Assembly: GCA_963781685.1 (NCBI GenBank)
Contig: CAWAGK010000017.1
Location: forward strand, 108,110 to 172,109
Direction of reading: 5' to 3'
DNA: 64,000 bases
From: an uncultured Actinomycetota bacterium
GTDB lineage: Bacteria > Actinomycetota > Actinomycetes > Mycobacteriales > Mycobacteriaceae
Shown here: positions 55,887-64,000 of the stretch, in pieces
Numbering within the stretch: position 1 is the first letter of the stretch
Layout: each line of letters starts with the position of its first letter
Translations under genes and position numbers: made by a program
Notes under the pieces: generated by a model
What the model was told of the DNA's origin: nothing
Databases searched by the model: none
The model's input: only the letters and a program-made list of their open reading frames with translations

Positions 55887-57197
55887 TCACGACTGCTGCT
55901 CTTTCTGCTCCTTGGCGCGCTGCGCCGCCTGGACGCGACCTTCGTTGATTTCCGCCATGGCTTCCGGGATCTCGCTCGCGGTGAACTTGCCTCCGCGGCC
56001 AGTGGGCAGGCCGCCGAAGGAGTACCCCTCGTCGAACTTCGGCGCGGTCGACTCCGGCCGGCGCGCCTCGATCTTCTCGATCACCGGCTCCAGCCGCTTC
56101 TTCTTGTCGGCGACGGCTTTTGCGTCGCGCTCGATGAACTCGGGCAGCACTTCTTTACCCATCAGCTCGATGGATTCCATGGTGCCTTCGTGGCTGCGCG
56201 GGTTGAGCAGCAAGATGATCTCGTCGACGCCGCTGTCCTCGTAACCGCGGAGGAACTCCCGGACGGTAGCCGGCGATCCGATGGCGCCGCGACCGGGTCC
56301 GTAGGCCAGCGTCGGATCCTTCTCGCATTCTTCGAGATAGCGTTTCCAGACTCCGGTCCGTCCGGGCGTGTGGATTCCGGTCATGTAGTAGTGCATGATC
56401 CCAAACGAGAAGAACCCGCCGCCCATCCCGAGGCGTTCGACTGCTTGCTCGTCGGTCTTGGCCACCATCATCGACAGGTCACCGCCGATGGCAAGGATGT
56501 TCGGGTTGATCTGCGGGGTGATCGGGACGCCGGCTTCCTCGAGCTCCTTGTAGTAGCCGTTCACTCGCTCGGTGAGCGGGCCGGGCCCGGTGTAGGCGAA
56601 ACTCAATGCACCGATGCACTTCTGGGCGGCCATCTGCACCGACGCCGGCCGGGTGCAGGCGACCCAGACCGGCGGGTGCGGCTTTTGCAGCGGTTTGGGG
56701 ATGACATTGCGGGCCGGCATTTCGATGTGCTCGCCCTTGAACCCGGTGAACGGCTCCTCGATCATGCACCGGATCGCGACCTCCAGCGCCTCTTCCCACT
56801 GGGCCCGCTTGTCGGCGGGGTCGATGTTGAAGCCGCCCAGCTCGCCGATCGAGGAGGATTCTCCGGTGCCGAACTCGACCCGTCCGTCCGAGATGAGGTC
56901 AAGGGTGGCAATGCGTTCGGCGACCCTGGCGGGATGGTTGACGGCCGGCGGGAGGTGCATGATGCCGAATCCCAGCCGGATGTTCTTGGTCCGCTGGCTG
57001 GCCCCGGCCAGAAACATCTCCGGTGCGGTGGAATGGCAGTACTCCTCCAGGAAGTGGTGCTCGGTCAGCCAGACCGTTGAGAAGCCGGCCTTGTCGGCCG
57101 CCTCGACCTCGTCGAGACAGTCCTTCAGCAGGACGTGCTCGTCCTCCGGTACCCACGGGCGGGGTAGCGCGAATTCGTAGAACAATGAGATTTTCAA
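55887..57197 (-). CDS. LLM-class flavin-dependent oxidoreductase (luciferase-like)
   Basis: WLTEHHF, HPARVAERIATLDLISDGRVEFGTG, HPPVWVA. Confidence 0.92.
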   Translation of the reverse strand: MKISLFYEFALPRPWVPEDEHVLLKDCLDEVEAADKAGFSTVWLTEHHFLEEYCHSTAPEMFLAGASQRTKNIRLGFGIMHLPPAVNHPARVAERIATLDLISDGRVEFGTGESSSIGELGGFNIDPADKRAQWEEALEVAIRCMIEEPFTGFKGEHIEMPARNVIPKPLQKPHPPVWVACTRPASVQMAAQKCIGALSFAYTGPGPLTERVNGYYKELEEAGVPITPQINPNILAIGGDLSMMVAKTDEQAVERLGMGGGFFSFGIMHYYMTGIHTPGRTGVWKRYLEECEKDPTLAYGPGRGAIGSPATVREFLRGYEDSGVDEIILLLNPRSHEGTMESIELMGKEVLPEFIERDAKAVADKKKRLEPVIEKIEARRPESTAPKFDEGYSFGGLPTGRGGKFTASEIPEAMAEINEGRVQAAQRAKEQKEQQS

Positions 57198-58915
57198 CTG
57201 GAACCTCCCGGAACAATTGAGTGAGTTGAGCTTTCACCGACTAGGTGCTTGGCCGCGACGTAGCCGAAGGTCATCGCCGGCCCGATGGTCGCGCCCGCGC
57301 CGGCGTAGCTGCGTCCCATCACCGCCGCCGAGGTGTTACCGACGGCATAGAGGCCGGGGATGACGGTGCCGTCGGTGCGCAGCACCCGGGCGTACTCATC
57401 GGTGCGCAGACCACCCGATGTGCCCAGGTCGCCGAGAACGACCCGAAAGGCGTAATAGGGCGGTTTGCCCAGCGGAGACAGATTGGGGTTGGGCAGAGTG
57501 GGATCTCCGTAGTAATTGTCGTAAACGCTGTCACCCCTGTTGAAGTCGTCGTCATGGCCGCCACGGGCCAGTTCGTTGAAGCGGGTTGCGGTGTCGCGAA
57601 GCTGGCCGGCCGGCACCCCGATCTTGGTGGCGAGCTCATCCCAGCTGTTCGCCGCTTTGACCACGCCCGACTCCAGCCACGCCTTGGGTAGTTTTCGCCC
57701 TGTGGGCACCGGAGCGCCCGGAATCTTCGGCAGCGGAAGATGTCCCGCGACGACATAGCGATTGAAGGACCGATGGTCGGTGATCAGCCAGCACGGAATG
57801 TGGGTGACACCGGATCTCTGCCCCTCGATCATCGCGTGGCCGAAGTCCATGTAGGGAGCCGCCTCGTTGATGAAGCGCTTCCCGTCACCGTTGACGATGA
57901 ACTGCGACGGCATCATCCGCTCGTTGAGCATGAACTGCATTCGGCCATCGGGCCATTGGATGGCCGGGAACCACCAGGCTTCGTCGAGCAGGTCGGTGGC
58001 CGCGCCGACCCGCTGGCCGGCACGGATACCGTCACCGGTGGCAGCGGGATTACCGAAGCTCCAGTCCTGTTCCACGGTCGGCTGATGCTCTTTGCGCCAC
58101 GCCATGTCGTGATCGAATCCGCCGGTCGCCAGGATGACCCCGCGCCTGGCGGAGATCCGCAGCGGGGAACCGTCTTTCACGACGGTCGCACCGGTCACCG
58201 ACCGATCGTCGTCGGTGAGCAGTTCGGTCATCGGCGAGTCCAGCCACAGCGGGATACCGCGGTCTTTCATCGCCAGCCGGAGCCGCGCAGCCAGCGACTG
58301 GCCGATCGCCGCGATTCGATCCCCGAAGACTCGCGCCCTGACCATCCGCCACACCAGCTTCACCAGGACACCCTTGCCGGCCCATGACTGGCGAACCCGG
58401 TAGAACGACCGAAGCTCCTTGGGTCCCAGCCAGATTCCCCGAGGTGCCAAGGCCAAGGGCTGAAGCAGATGTTGTTCCTCCTCCGCCAACGTGCGCAAAT
58501 CGATCGGCGGAACATTGATCGTGCTACCGAGTTCGGAACCGCCCGACAGTTCCGGATAGTAGTCGGCGTAGCCGGGCTTCCACACGAACTCGAACCACGG
58601 GCTGAGTTGTTCGAGGAACTCCATCATCGTCGGCGCCGAGTCGACGTATTGCCGGATGCGCGCATCGCTGACCAAACCGTCGGTGATCCGCCGCAGGTAG
58701 TCGACAACGCCGTCCGGCGACGGCGCGTAGCCGGCCCGGCGCTGCGCGGGAGCACCCGGCACCCAGATGCCACCGCCGGACAGCGCGGTGGAACCGCCGA
58801 AGTGGCTGGACTTTTCGACGACCAGCGTCTCCAGACCGGAGGCGTGGGCAGCCAGAGCGGCCGTCATGCCCCCGCCTCCGGAACCGATCACCAGCACGTC
58901 GACGTGGTGGGTCAT
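57194..58915 (-). CDS. FAD-dependent oxidoreductase, 3-ketosteroid-dehydrogenase (KstD)-like
   Basis: [46 protein letters not shown]; real start at 58915, not the ORF-track 59146. Confidence 0.9.
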   Translation of the reverse strand: MTHHVDVLVIGSGGGGMTAALAAHASGLETLVVEKSSHFGGSTALSGGGIWVPGAPAQRRAGYAPSPDGVVDYLRRITDGLVSDARIRQYVDSAPTMMEFLEQLSPWFEFVWKPGYADYYPELSGGSELGSTINVPPIDLRTLAEEEQHLLQPLALAPRGIWLGPKELRSFYRVRQSWAGKGVLVKLVWRMVRARVFGDRIAAIGQSLAARLRLAMKDRGIPLWLDSPMTELLTDDDRSVTGATVVKDGSPLRISARRGVILATGGFDHDMAWRKEHQPTVEQDWSFGNPAATGDGIRAGQRVGAATDLLDEAWWFPAIQWPDGRMQFMLNERMMPSQFIVNGDGKRFINEAAPYMDFGHAMIEGQRSGVTHIPCWLITDHRSFNRYVVAGHLPLPKIPGAPVPTGRKLPKAWLESGVVKAANSWDELATKIGVPAGQLRDTATRFNELARGGHDDDFNRGDSVYDNYYGDPTLPNPNLSPLGKPPYYAFRVVLGDLGTSGGLRTDEYARVLRTDGTVIPGLYAVGNTSAAVMGRSYAGAGATIGPAMTFGYVAAKHLVGESSTHSIVPGGSS

Positions 58916-59850
58916 GTCGGCACCGCCGTTCTGACGGCGAAGCCGGCGATCAGATCGGGAGCCGGCTTGTAGTAGCGCACCCCGGTCTGGTACGGCCCAG
59001 TGGACCCCAGCGCCGCGAAAGCGGCGACCCAGGTGCGGATCTCGTGTGCGGAGTTGCCGCCCTCTTGCGCGATGAACGAGTTCGACCACTTGTCCAGCTC
59101 GTCGAGTTCTCCGCTGTCGAGAATGTCGAGGAATCGCTGATCCCAAGCCGGGTTGAGGGGTTGTAGCTCGCTGGCCCCATCGGCGAAGCTTCTGGCCGCC
59201 TCCATCACCGCGGTCTGCCGGGCCTGCCGTTGTTCGGTCGTCATCGGCCGGCCGTGCACAATTCGTTCCACCACTGCCGGCGTCGCCGTTGCCAGCGTCG
59301 GGACCGGTGGATCATGCGACAGGCCACCGGATCCCACCACCAGGACCCTCTTGTTCAGGGTGGCCAGATAGCTACCGACCGCGGTTCCCAGCGCCCGGCA
59401 ACGATGCAGCGGCCCCAGCGGGGTTGCGACCGAGTTGATGAAGATCGGTATCACTGGGCGCGCCGTCGCGCGACCGAACAGTTTCTCCAATGGCTGAACG
59501 GTGCCGTGGTCGACGTCCATGTTCGCCGATATGGCGACGTCGACGCCGGCCGACAGGACCGCTCTCGCGCAGGCGTCCGCAATGGCTTCGGGAACGTCAA
59601 GCGAGCCTTTGTGTGTGCCGTAATCGCCGATCCCCTGTGCTTCGGTACCGATGCAGAACGGTGGCATCAGCTTGTAGAAGAAGCCGTTGTAGTGATCGGG
59701 GGCGAAGACGACGACGAGCTCCGGGTCGAAGCCCTCGACGAATTCCCTTGCCTGCGTGAGTGCGCCGTCGATGTCATCAAGGAGGTCCTGCGCCGGCCCG
59801 GGCAGATTCAGTAGCGGGCTGTGAGACATACAGCACAGGGCTAGCGGCAC
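58912..59850 (-). CDS. mhpB: Extradiol dioxygenase, MhpB (2,3-dihydroxyphenylpropionate 1,2-dioxygenase) family
   Basis: [36 protein letters not shown]. Confidence 0.9.
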   Translation of the reverse strand: MPLALCCMSHSPLLNLPGPAQDLLDDIDGALTQAREFVEGFDPELVVVFAPDHYNGFFYKLMPPFCIGTEAQGIGDYGTHKGSLDVPEAIADACARAVLSAGVDVAISANMDVDHGTVQPLEKLFGRATARPVIPIFINSVATPLGPLHRCRALGTAVGSYLATLNKRVLVVGSGGLSHDPPVPTLATATPAVVERIVHGRPMTTEQRQARQTAVMEAARSFADGASELQPLNPAWDQRFLDILDSGELDELDKWSNSFIAQEGGNSAHEIRTWVAAFAALGSTGPYQTGVRYYKPAPDLIAGFAVRTAVPT

Positions 59851-61468
59851 GGTTGCCTCCCGGTGTCAGGGTGAGGACGTCGAAGAGCGAGGCACTCAGC
59901 TCGGGTGAGAGCTGAGCGATACAGGCGCCCGCGATGCAACGGTCGGGGCGCAGGAACAGCACGGACTCTTGGTGGGTGTCGAACCAGGCTTTGAGGTCGC
60001 CGCCGCGGTCGCCGACGATCAGGACGTCCGGATCGTCGTGCCCGGTCCAGTGCAGCTGGCTCAGCGGCCGCGCGGCCACGAACTTCGCACCCAGCGCCTT
60101 CCAGTCCGCAAACGCTTCCACGCCCAGGATTTCACGCGGATTGTTGTTCCAGCACAGTACGGCGAACCCCCCGCCCAGGACGTCGTCGAGCAGGACGTTC
60201 TGCTGTTCGCGGGTGTCCACGCGCGGTTGCACGAACAACGTGCCGACCGGCGAGTCGGTACGGCGCGGGTCGGAGTGCACGACGGCCCCCTGCTCGTATC
60301 GCGGCATCGGCTTGAACCGCATCTCCAGCACATACCGCTTGAGCGAGGGAACAATTGACGCCGACCGCACCACCAGGTCGCGAACCGCGGCGACTCGACG
60401 ATTGGTCGGCGAGATGACCCGGCCCACCATCGTCGACAGGTCGATCATCGCGCGGGCATGCTTGCGCCGTTCGATGTCGTAGGTGTCGAGCAACGCATCC
60501 TCGGCGTACCCGGTCACCACCGCCGCAAGCTTCCAACCCAGGTTCGCGGCGTCGCGGATACCGCTGTTGTAGCCCTGGCCCTGCCACACCGGCATCAAGT
60601 GAGCGGCGTCACCCGCGAGCAACAGCCGACCGCGGCGAAACGCCCCGGCGATCCGCGAATGATGGGTGTAAATCCGGTGCCGGATCACCTCGACGCGGTC
60701 CGGGTGGGGGACGAAGTAAGCCAGCATGCGCGCGAGAAAGGCCGGATCTTCGGCCTGCTCGTCGGTCTCGTCGGCGTGAATCATGAACTCGAAGCGGCGA
60801 ATTCCGTGCGCGATCGAGATCGATGCGTAGGGGCGTTGCGGGTCGGCGCCGACCTCGCTGTTGGGATGTCCGAGCGGATCGTTGGCGACGTCGACGACCA
60901 GCCAGCGCGTCGGTGAGGTGGTGCCGTCGAAGGACACGCCCATCAGCCGCCGAGTGGTGCTCCGTCCGCCGTCGCAGCCGACCACGTAACGCGTCCGCAC
61001 GTTCTTCCGCCCAGCGTCGCCGTCGAGTTCGACGGTTACCGCATCGGCGGTTTCGGCGCATGACGTCATGGGACGGTTCCACCACACCTCGACGTGCTCG
61101 AATCTGTCTAAGCCGCTCAGCAACTCGGCATCGACCAGCGGCTGCACGAAACCGTTGCGTTTGGGCCAGCCGAAACACGCGTCGGGCGGCGCCATTTCGG
61201 CAAGCACCCGACGTTTGGCGTCGACGAATCGCAGGATCTGATTGGGCACGGTGTGGGGCAGAATGCGGTCGACCAGACCGATCGCCTGGAAAGTGCGCAG
61301 CGACTCGTCGTCAAGGCCGACACCCCGGGGATAATCGATCAGCGTCGCGCGCTCGTCGACCACCAGGGTGCGTACCCCTTGCAGGCCAAGGATATTGGCC
61401 AGGGTCAAACCGACCGGGCCTGCGCCGACCACCACAACGTCGACGTCTACATCCTGGTTGTCGGCCAC
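59777..61468 (-). CDS. mhpA: FAD monooxygenase, MhpA (3-hydroxyphenylpropionate hydroxylase) family
   Basis: [41 protein letters not shown]. Confidence 0.88.
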   Translation of the reverse strand: MADNQDVDVDVVVVGAGPVGLTLANILGLQGVRTLVVDERATLIDYPRGVGLDDESLRTFQAIGLVDRILPHTVPNQILRFVDAKRRVLAEMAPPDACFGWPKRNGFVQPLVDAELLSGLDRFEHVEVWWNRPMTSCAETADAVTVELDGDAGRKNVRTRYVVGCDGGRSTTRRLMGVSFDGTTSPTRWLVVDVANDPLGHPNSEVGADPQRPYASISIAHGIRRFEFMIHADETDEQAEDPAFLARMLAYFVPHPDRVEVIRHRIYTHHSRIAGAFRRGRLLLAGDAAHLMPVWQGQGYNSGIRDAANLGWKLAAVVTGYAEDALLDTYDIERRKHARAMIDLSTMVGRVISPTNRRVAAVRDLVVRSASIVPSLKRYVLEMRFKPMPRYEQGAVVHSDPRRTDSPVGTLFVQPRVDTREQQNVLLDDVLGGGFAVLCWNNNPREILGVEAFADWKALGAKFVAARPLSQLHWTGHDDPDVLIVGDRGGDLKAWFDTHQESVLFLRPDRCIAGACIAQLSPELSASLFDVLTLTPGGNRAASPVLYVSQPATESARAGAGPP

Positions 61469-61470
61469 AG

Positions 61471-62334
61471 TCAGCGCCCCAGCAGGAAGTCGAGATGCAG
61501 GCGATTGAAGGTCTTGGCGTCCTCGTACTGCGGCCAGTGCCCACAACCGGGCATCAGCTCAAACCGCGCGCCCGGGATCATCGACGCGATGCGGCGGCCC
61601 TCGGTGACATCGGCCGTCGGATCGTCGCTGGTCCACAACACCAGGGTGGGCGCGGTGATCGAGCCATACTCGGCCGGGCCCAAGAGGTTTCGGGCCCGAA
61701 TCTCAGGATCCTGCAACGCCATGATGTCGCGCATCGCCGCTACGAAGCCCGGCTGGCGGTACACCCGCTGCCGGCTGGCGACCAGATCGTCGTAGTCCTT
61801 GGACTTGTCGGCCATCAGCCACTTGATCCGCGCCTGCACGGTTTCCCAGGTCGGGTTCTCCGCGGCGGCCATGGACAAGGTGATGATCCGCTGCATCACC
61901 TCGGGATCGGCCTGCGAGCCGCCCGCGGTGTTGAGGACCAGCCGGTCGACCTTGTCGGGATGGTCGACGGCGGCGCGGGCGGCCACCCAACCACCGAGCG
62001 ATTCACCGGACAAGTGGGCGCGCTCGGCGCCGACGGCGTCCAGGACGGCCAGCAGGTGCTCGACATAGTGGCCGATCTCCAACGGATGGCCGGGCTTGTC
62101 GGTGTACCCGTGGCCCACCATGTCGATCGACCACGTCGAGAAGTGCTCCGCGTGGGCCTCCAGATTGCGGACGTACGCCTCGGCGTGGCCACCGGAGCCA
62201 TGCAGCAGGATCAGCGCCGGCTTGGTCGGATCGCCGGCATGCAGGTAGCGGGTTCGCACACCGCCGGCGTCGAGGTAGCCCTGCACAAACGGGACACCCT
62301 GCAGATCACTCCACACGCTCTCGTGCTCGGCCAC
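61471..62334 (-). CDS. Meta-cleavage product hydrolase (MhpC-like alpha/beta hydrolase)
   Basis: [20 protein letters not shown]; upstream of mhpA-mhpB. Confidence 0.85.
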   Translation of the reverse strand: MAEHESVWSDLQGVPFVQGYLDAGGVRTRYLHAGDPTKPALILLHGSGGHAEAYVRNLEAHAEHFSTWSIDMVGHGYTDKPGHPLEIGHYVEHLLAVLDAVGAERAHLSGESLGGWVAARAAVDHPDKVDRLVLNTAGGSQADPEVMQRIITLSMAAAENPTWETVQARIKWLMADKSKDYDDLVASRQRVYRQPGFVAAMRDIMALQDPEIRARNLLGPAEYGSITAPTLVLWTSDDPTADVTEGRRIASMIPGARFELMPGCGHWPQYEDAKTFNRLHLDFLLGR

Positions 62335-62412
62335 CGGTTCCTCTCTTGTTATGGCTCGTGGGCCTCAGGGAAATTTTGTTCTCGTTTTGCGCCAATCGTA
62401 TGTGCTAAAATC

Positions 62413-62426
62413 GCACACTAATGTGC
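62413..62426. promoter_or_regulatory. Palindrome in divergent mhp/IclR promoter, possible IclR operator
   Basis: GCACACTAATGTGC (12/14 self-complementary). Confidence 0.4.
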
Positions 62427-62511
62427 ACTATGTATAGAGCATCACTCTCCGTCGGTTGTCTGTCAAGGGAAGCGCAGGTCGCGTTGGCCGACTGCGGCAA
62501 GGTGTGCTGAC

Positions 62512-63201
62512 ATGCCGGACACCCCGATCACTGCCGCGCCCGGTTCGCAGACGCTGGCCCGAGGGCTCAATGCGCTGCAGCGGGTGGCCGACGCCCCATC
62601 GGGGCTGACCGTGCAGCAGGTCGCCGACGGGGTCGGCGTCCATCGAACGATCGCCTACCGCCTGCTCGCGACGCTTTCCCAATTTCGGTTCATCGCCAAG
62701 GGCGACGACGGGCGCTACCGGCCGGCCGCGGGCCTGGCGGTTCTCGGTGCGTCATTCGATCGCAATGTGCGCCAGCTGAGTCTGCCGACCCTGCGCACCC
62801 TGGCCGACGATCTCGGCACCACGGTGTCGTTGCTCGTCGCCGAGGGCGACCAACAGGTCGCGGTCGCGGTGATCGTCCCGACCCAGGTCGCCTACCAGCT
62901 GGCCTTCCACGAGGGCAGCCGCTACCCGCTGGATCGGGGAGCCGCAGGCATCGCACTGCTGGCGAGCATGTCGCCGCGCCCGGACGAACGCGACCTCGTC
63001 GTCCGCGCCCGCGAGCAGGCGTGGGTGATCACCCACGGCGAGATCGAGCCGAACACCTACGGTCTCGCCGTCCCGGTGCAGCGCCTGCCGCCGTCGCCGC
63101 CGACGTGTATCAACCTGATTTCGCATCGGGAAGACGTGGTGATGCGGGGCAAGGACGCAGTCATCAAGGCAGCCAAGGAATTATCGGCGATCCTGAGCTG
63201 A
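62512..63201 (+). CDS. IclR family regulator
   Basis: SQTLARGL, HRTIAYRLLATL, GAAGIALLA; divergent from the mhp genes. Confidence 0.92.
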   Translation: MPDTPITAAPGSQTLARGLNALQRVADAPSGLTVQQVADGVGVHRTIAYRLLATLSQFRFIAKGDDGRYRPAAGLAVLGASFDRNVRQLSLPTLRTLADDLGTTVSLLVAEGDQQVAVAVIVPTQVAYQLAFHEGSRYPLDRGAAGIALLASMSPRPDERDLVVRAREQAWVITHGEIEPNTYGLAVPVQRLPPSPPTCINLISHREDVVMRGKDAVIKAAKELSAILS

Positions 63202-63225
63202 TCCGGGCAGGAAGGAAACGAGTTT

Positions 63226-64000
63226 ATGCCGTCTTGGGACCACGAAGTCGACGTCGTCGTACTCGGCAGCGGCGGCGCCGCGCTCACCGCCGCATTGACC
63301 GCGGCCGCCAACGGCGCTTCGGTGGCGGTCTACGAGAAAGCCGCGACTGTCGGTGGCACCACGGCGGTTTCGGGCGGCGTGGTGTGGATCCCCGCGCATA
63401 ATCGCTCGCCCGACGGGGAATTGACGGTAGAGGACGCGCTGCGGTATCTCGACGCGCAGTCGTTCGGCTCGATGGATGAGGCACTGGTCGACACGTTTGT
63501 GCGAACCGGACCGACGATGCTCGATTTCGTCGAGGCGCACAGCAGTCTACGCTTCGAAATCGCCAACGGTTTCCCGGATTACAAGCCGGAGCTGCCGGGC
63601 GGTCGCCCGGCCGGCGGTCGATCGCTGACCGCTGCCCCGTTCGACCTCGCCCGCTTGGGTGACTGGCGGGATCGGATCACGTCATTTCCCGCGGACTGGT
63701 CCAACGTCGGTTTCGACGCCGAAACCCGGGCGAGGCTGCACGCGGCGGTCGATGAGAGCACCAGCGACCTGTGTGTGGCAGGCACTGCGCTAATTGCCGG
63801 GCTGCTCAAGGGATTACTGGATTCCGGCGTGACGCCCGCGACGAACGCCCGGGCCGAGGAGCTTATCGCCGACGACGGCGAGATCGTCGGCGTCCGGGTC
63901 AGCCGCGCCGGCCGGGAACTGGCCGTGCGTGCGCGTCACGGTGTCATCCTGGGCACCGGCGGCTTCGAATGGGATCCCTCGTTGGTCAACACTTTTCTGC
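63226..64000 (+). CDS. FAD-dependent oxidoreductase (KstD-like), 3'-truncated by window edge
   Basis: MPSWDHEVDVVVLGSGGAALTAA, GGTTAVSGGVVW, GVILGTGGFE. Confidence 0.9.
   Translation, partial: MPSWDHEVDVVVLGSGGAALTAALTAAANGASVAVYEKAATVGGTTAVSGGVVWIPAHNRSPDGELTVEDALRYLDAQSFGSMDEALVDTFVRTGPTMLDFVEAHSSLRFEIANGFPDYKPELPGGRPAGGRSLTAAPFDLARLGDWRDRITSFPADWSNVGFDAETRARLHAAVDESTSDLCVAGTALIAGLLKGLLDSGVTPATNARAEELIADDGEIVGVRVSRAGRELAVRARHGVILGTGGFEWDPSLVNTFL

Noticed and set aside
58915-59146. ORF-track N-terminal extension of the KstD-like gene (and similar extensions for the thiolase 25005-25125, hydratase 27421-27922 and MhpA 61468-61546)
   Set aside because: Extensions overlap neighbouring genes; family N-termini and stop/start overlaps define shorter starts
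53447-62421. Long plus-strand ORFs (53447-55132, 60823-62421) opposite the catabolic operon
   Set aside because: Antisense artefacts of GC3-biased genes

Overview
GC-rich actinobacterial DNA, almost certainly Mycobacterium (PE-PPE domain gene, MIRU-type repeats, mycolic-acid cyclopropane synthase, REP13E12/DUF222 remnants, mycofactocin-type SDR). The backbone is a roughly 60-gene lipid/aromatic catabolic region: 3 cytochrome P450s, 4 ferredoxins, a stand-alone NuoF-like flavoprotein, a Rieske oxygenase, several acyl-CoA dehydrogenases, thiolases, SDRs, amidohydrolases, CoA-transferases, an mhpABC-like cluster and TetR/IclR regulators. It is interrupted by at least three insertions whose junctions can be read in the sequence. 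(1) A REP13E12/DUF222-HNH gene has lost its middle, which is replaced by about 3 kb of cargo including a cyclopropane synthase (8.4-12.0 kb). (2) A decayed 7.6-kb tyrosine-integrase element sits in the 3' end of an acyl-CoA dehydrogenase gene, bounded by a 33-bp perfect direct repeat (15087-22734) and carrying an internal tmRNA 3'-end fragment. (3) A single PE-PPE gene is flanked by 74/75-bp direct repeats of the enoyl-CoA hydratase-stop/thiolase-start junction (24996-26687). Also found: a recurring GAGAAT-N3-ATTCTC operator at six sites, a pstS-pstC-pstA cluster whose pstC is frameshifted by a 7-bp tandem duplication, several paired enzymes with one non-canonical active site, and multiple pseudogenes. 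There is no CRISPR array, rRNA or intact tRNA. All family assignments are from motif recognition, not database searches.
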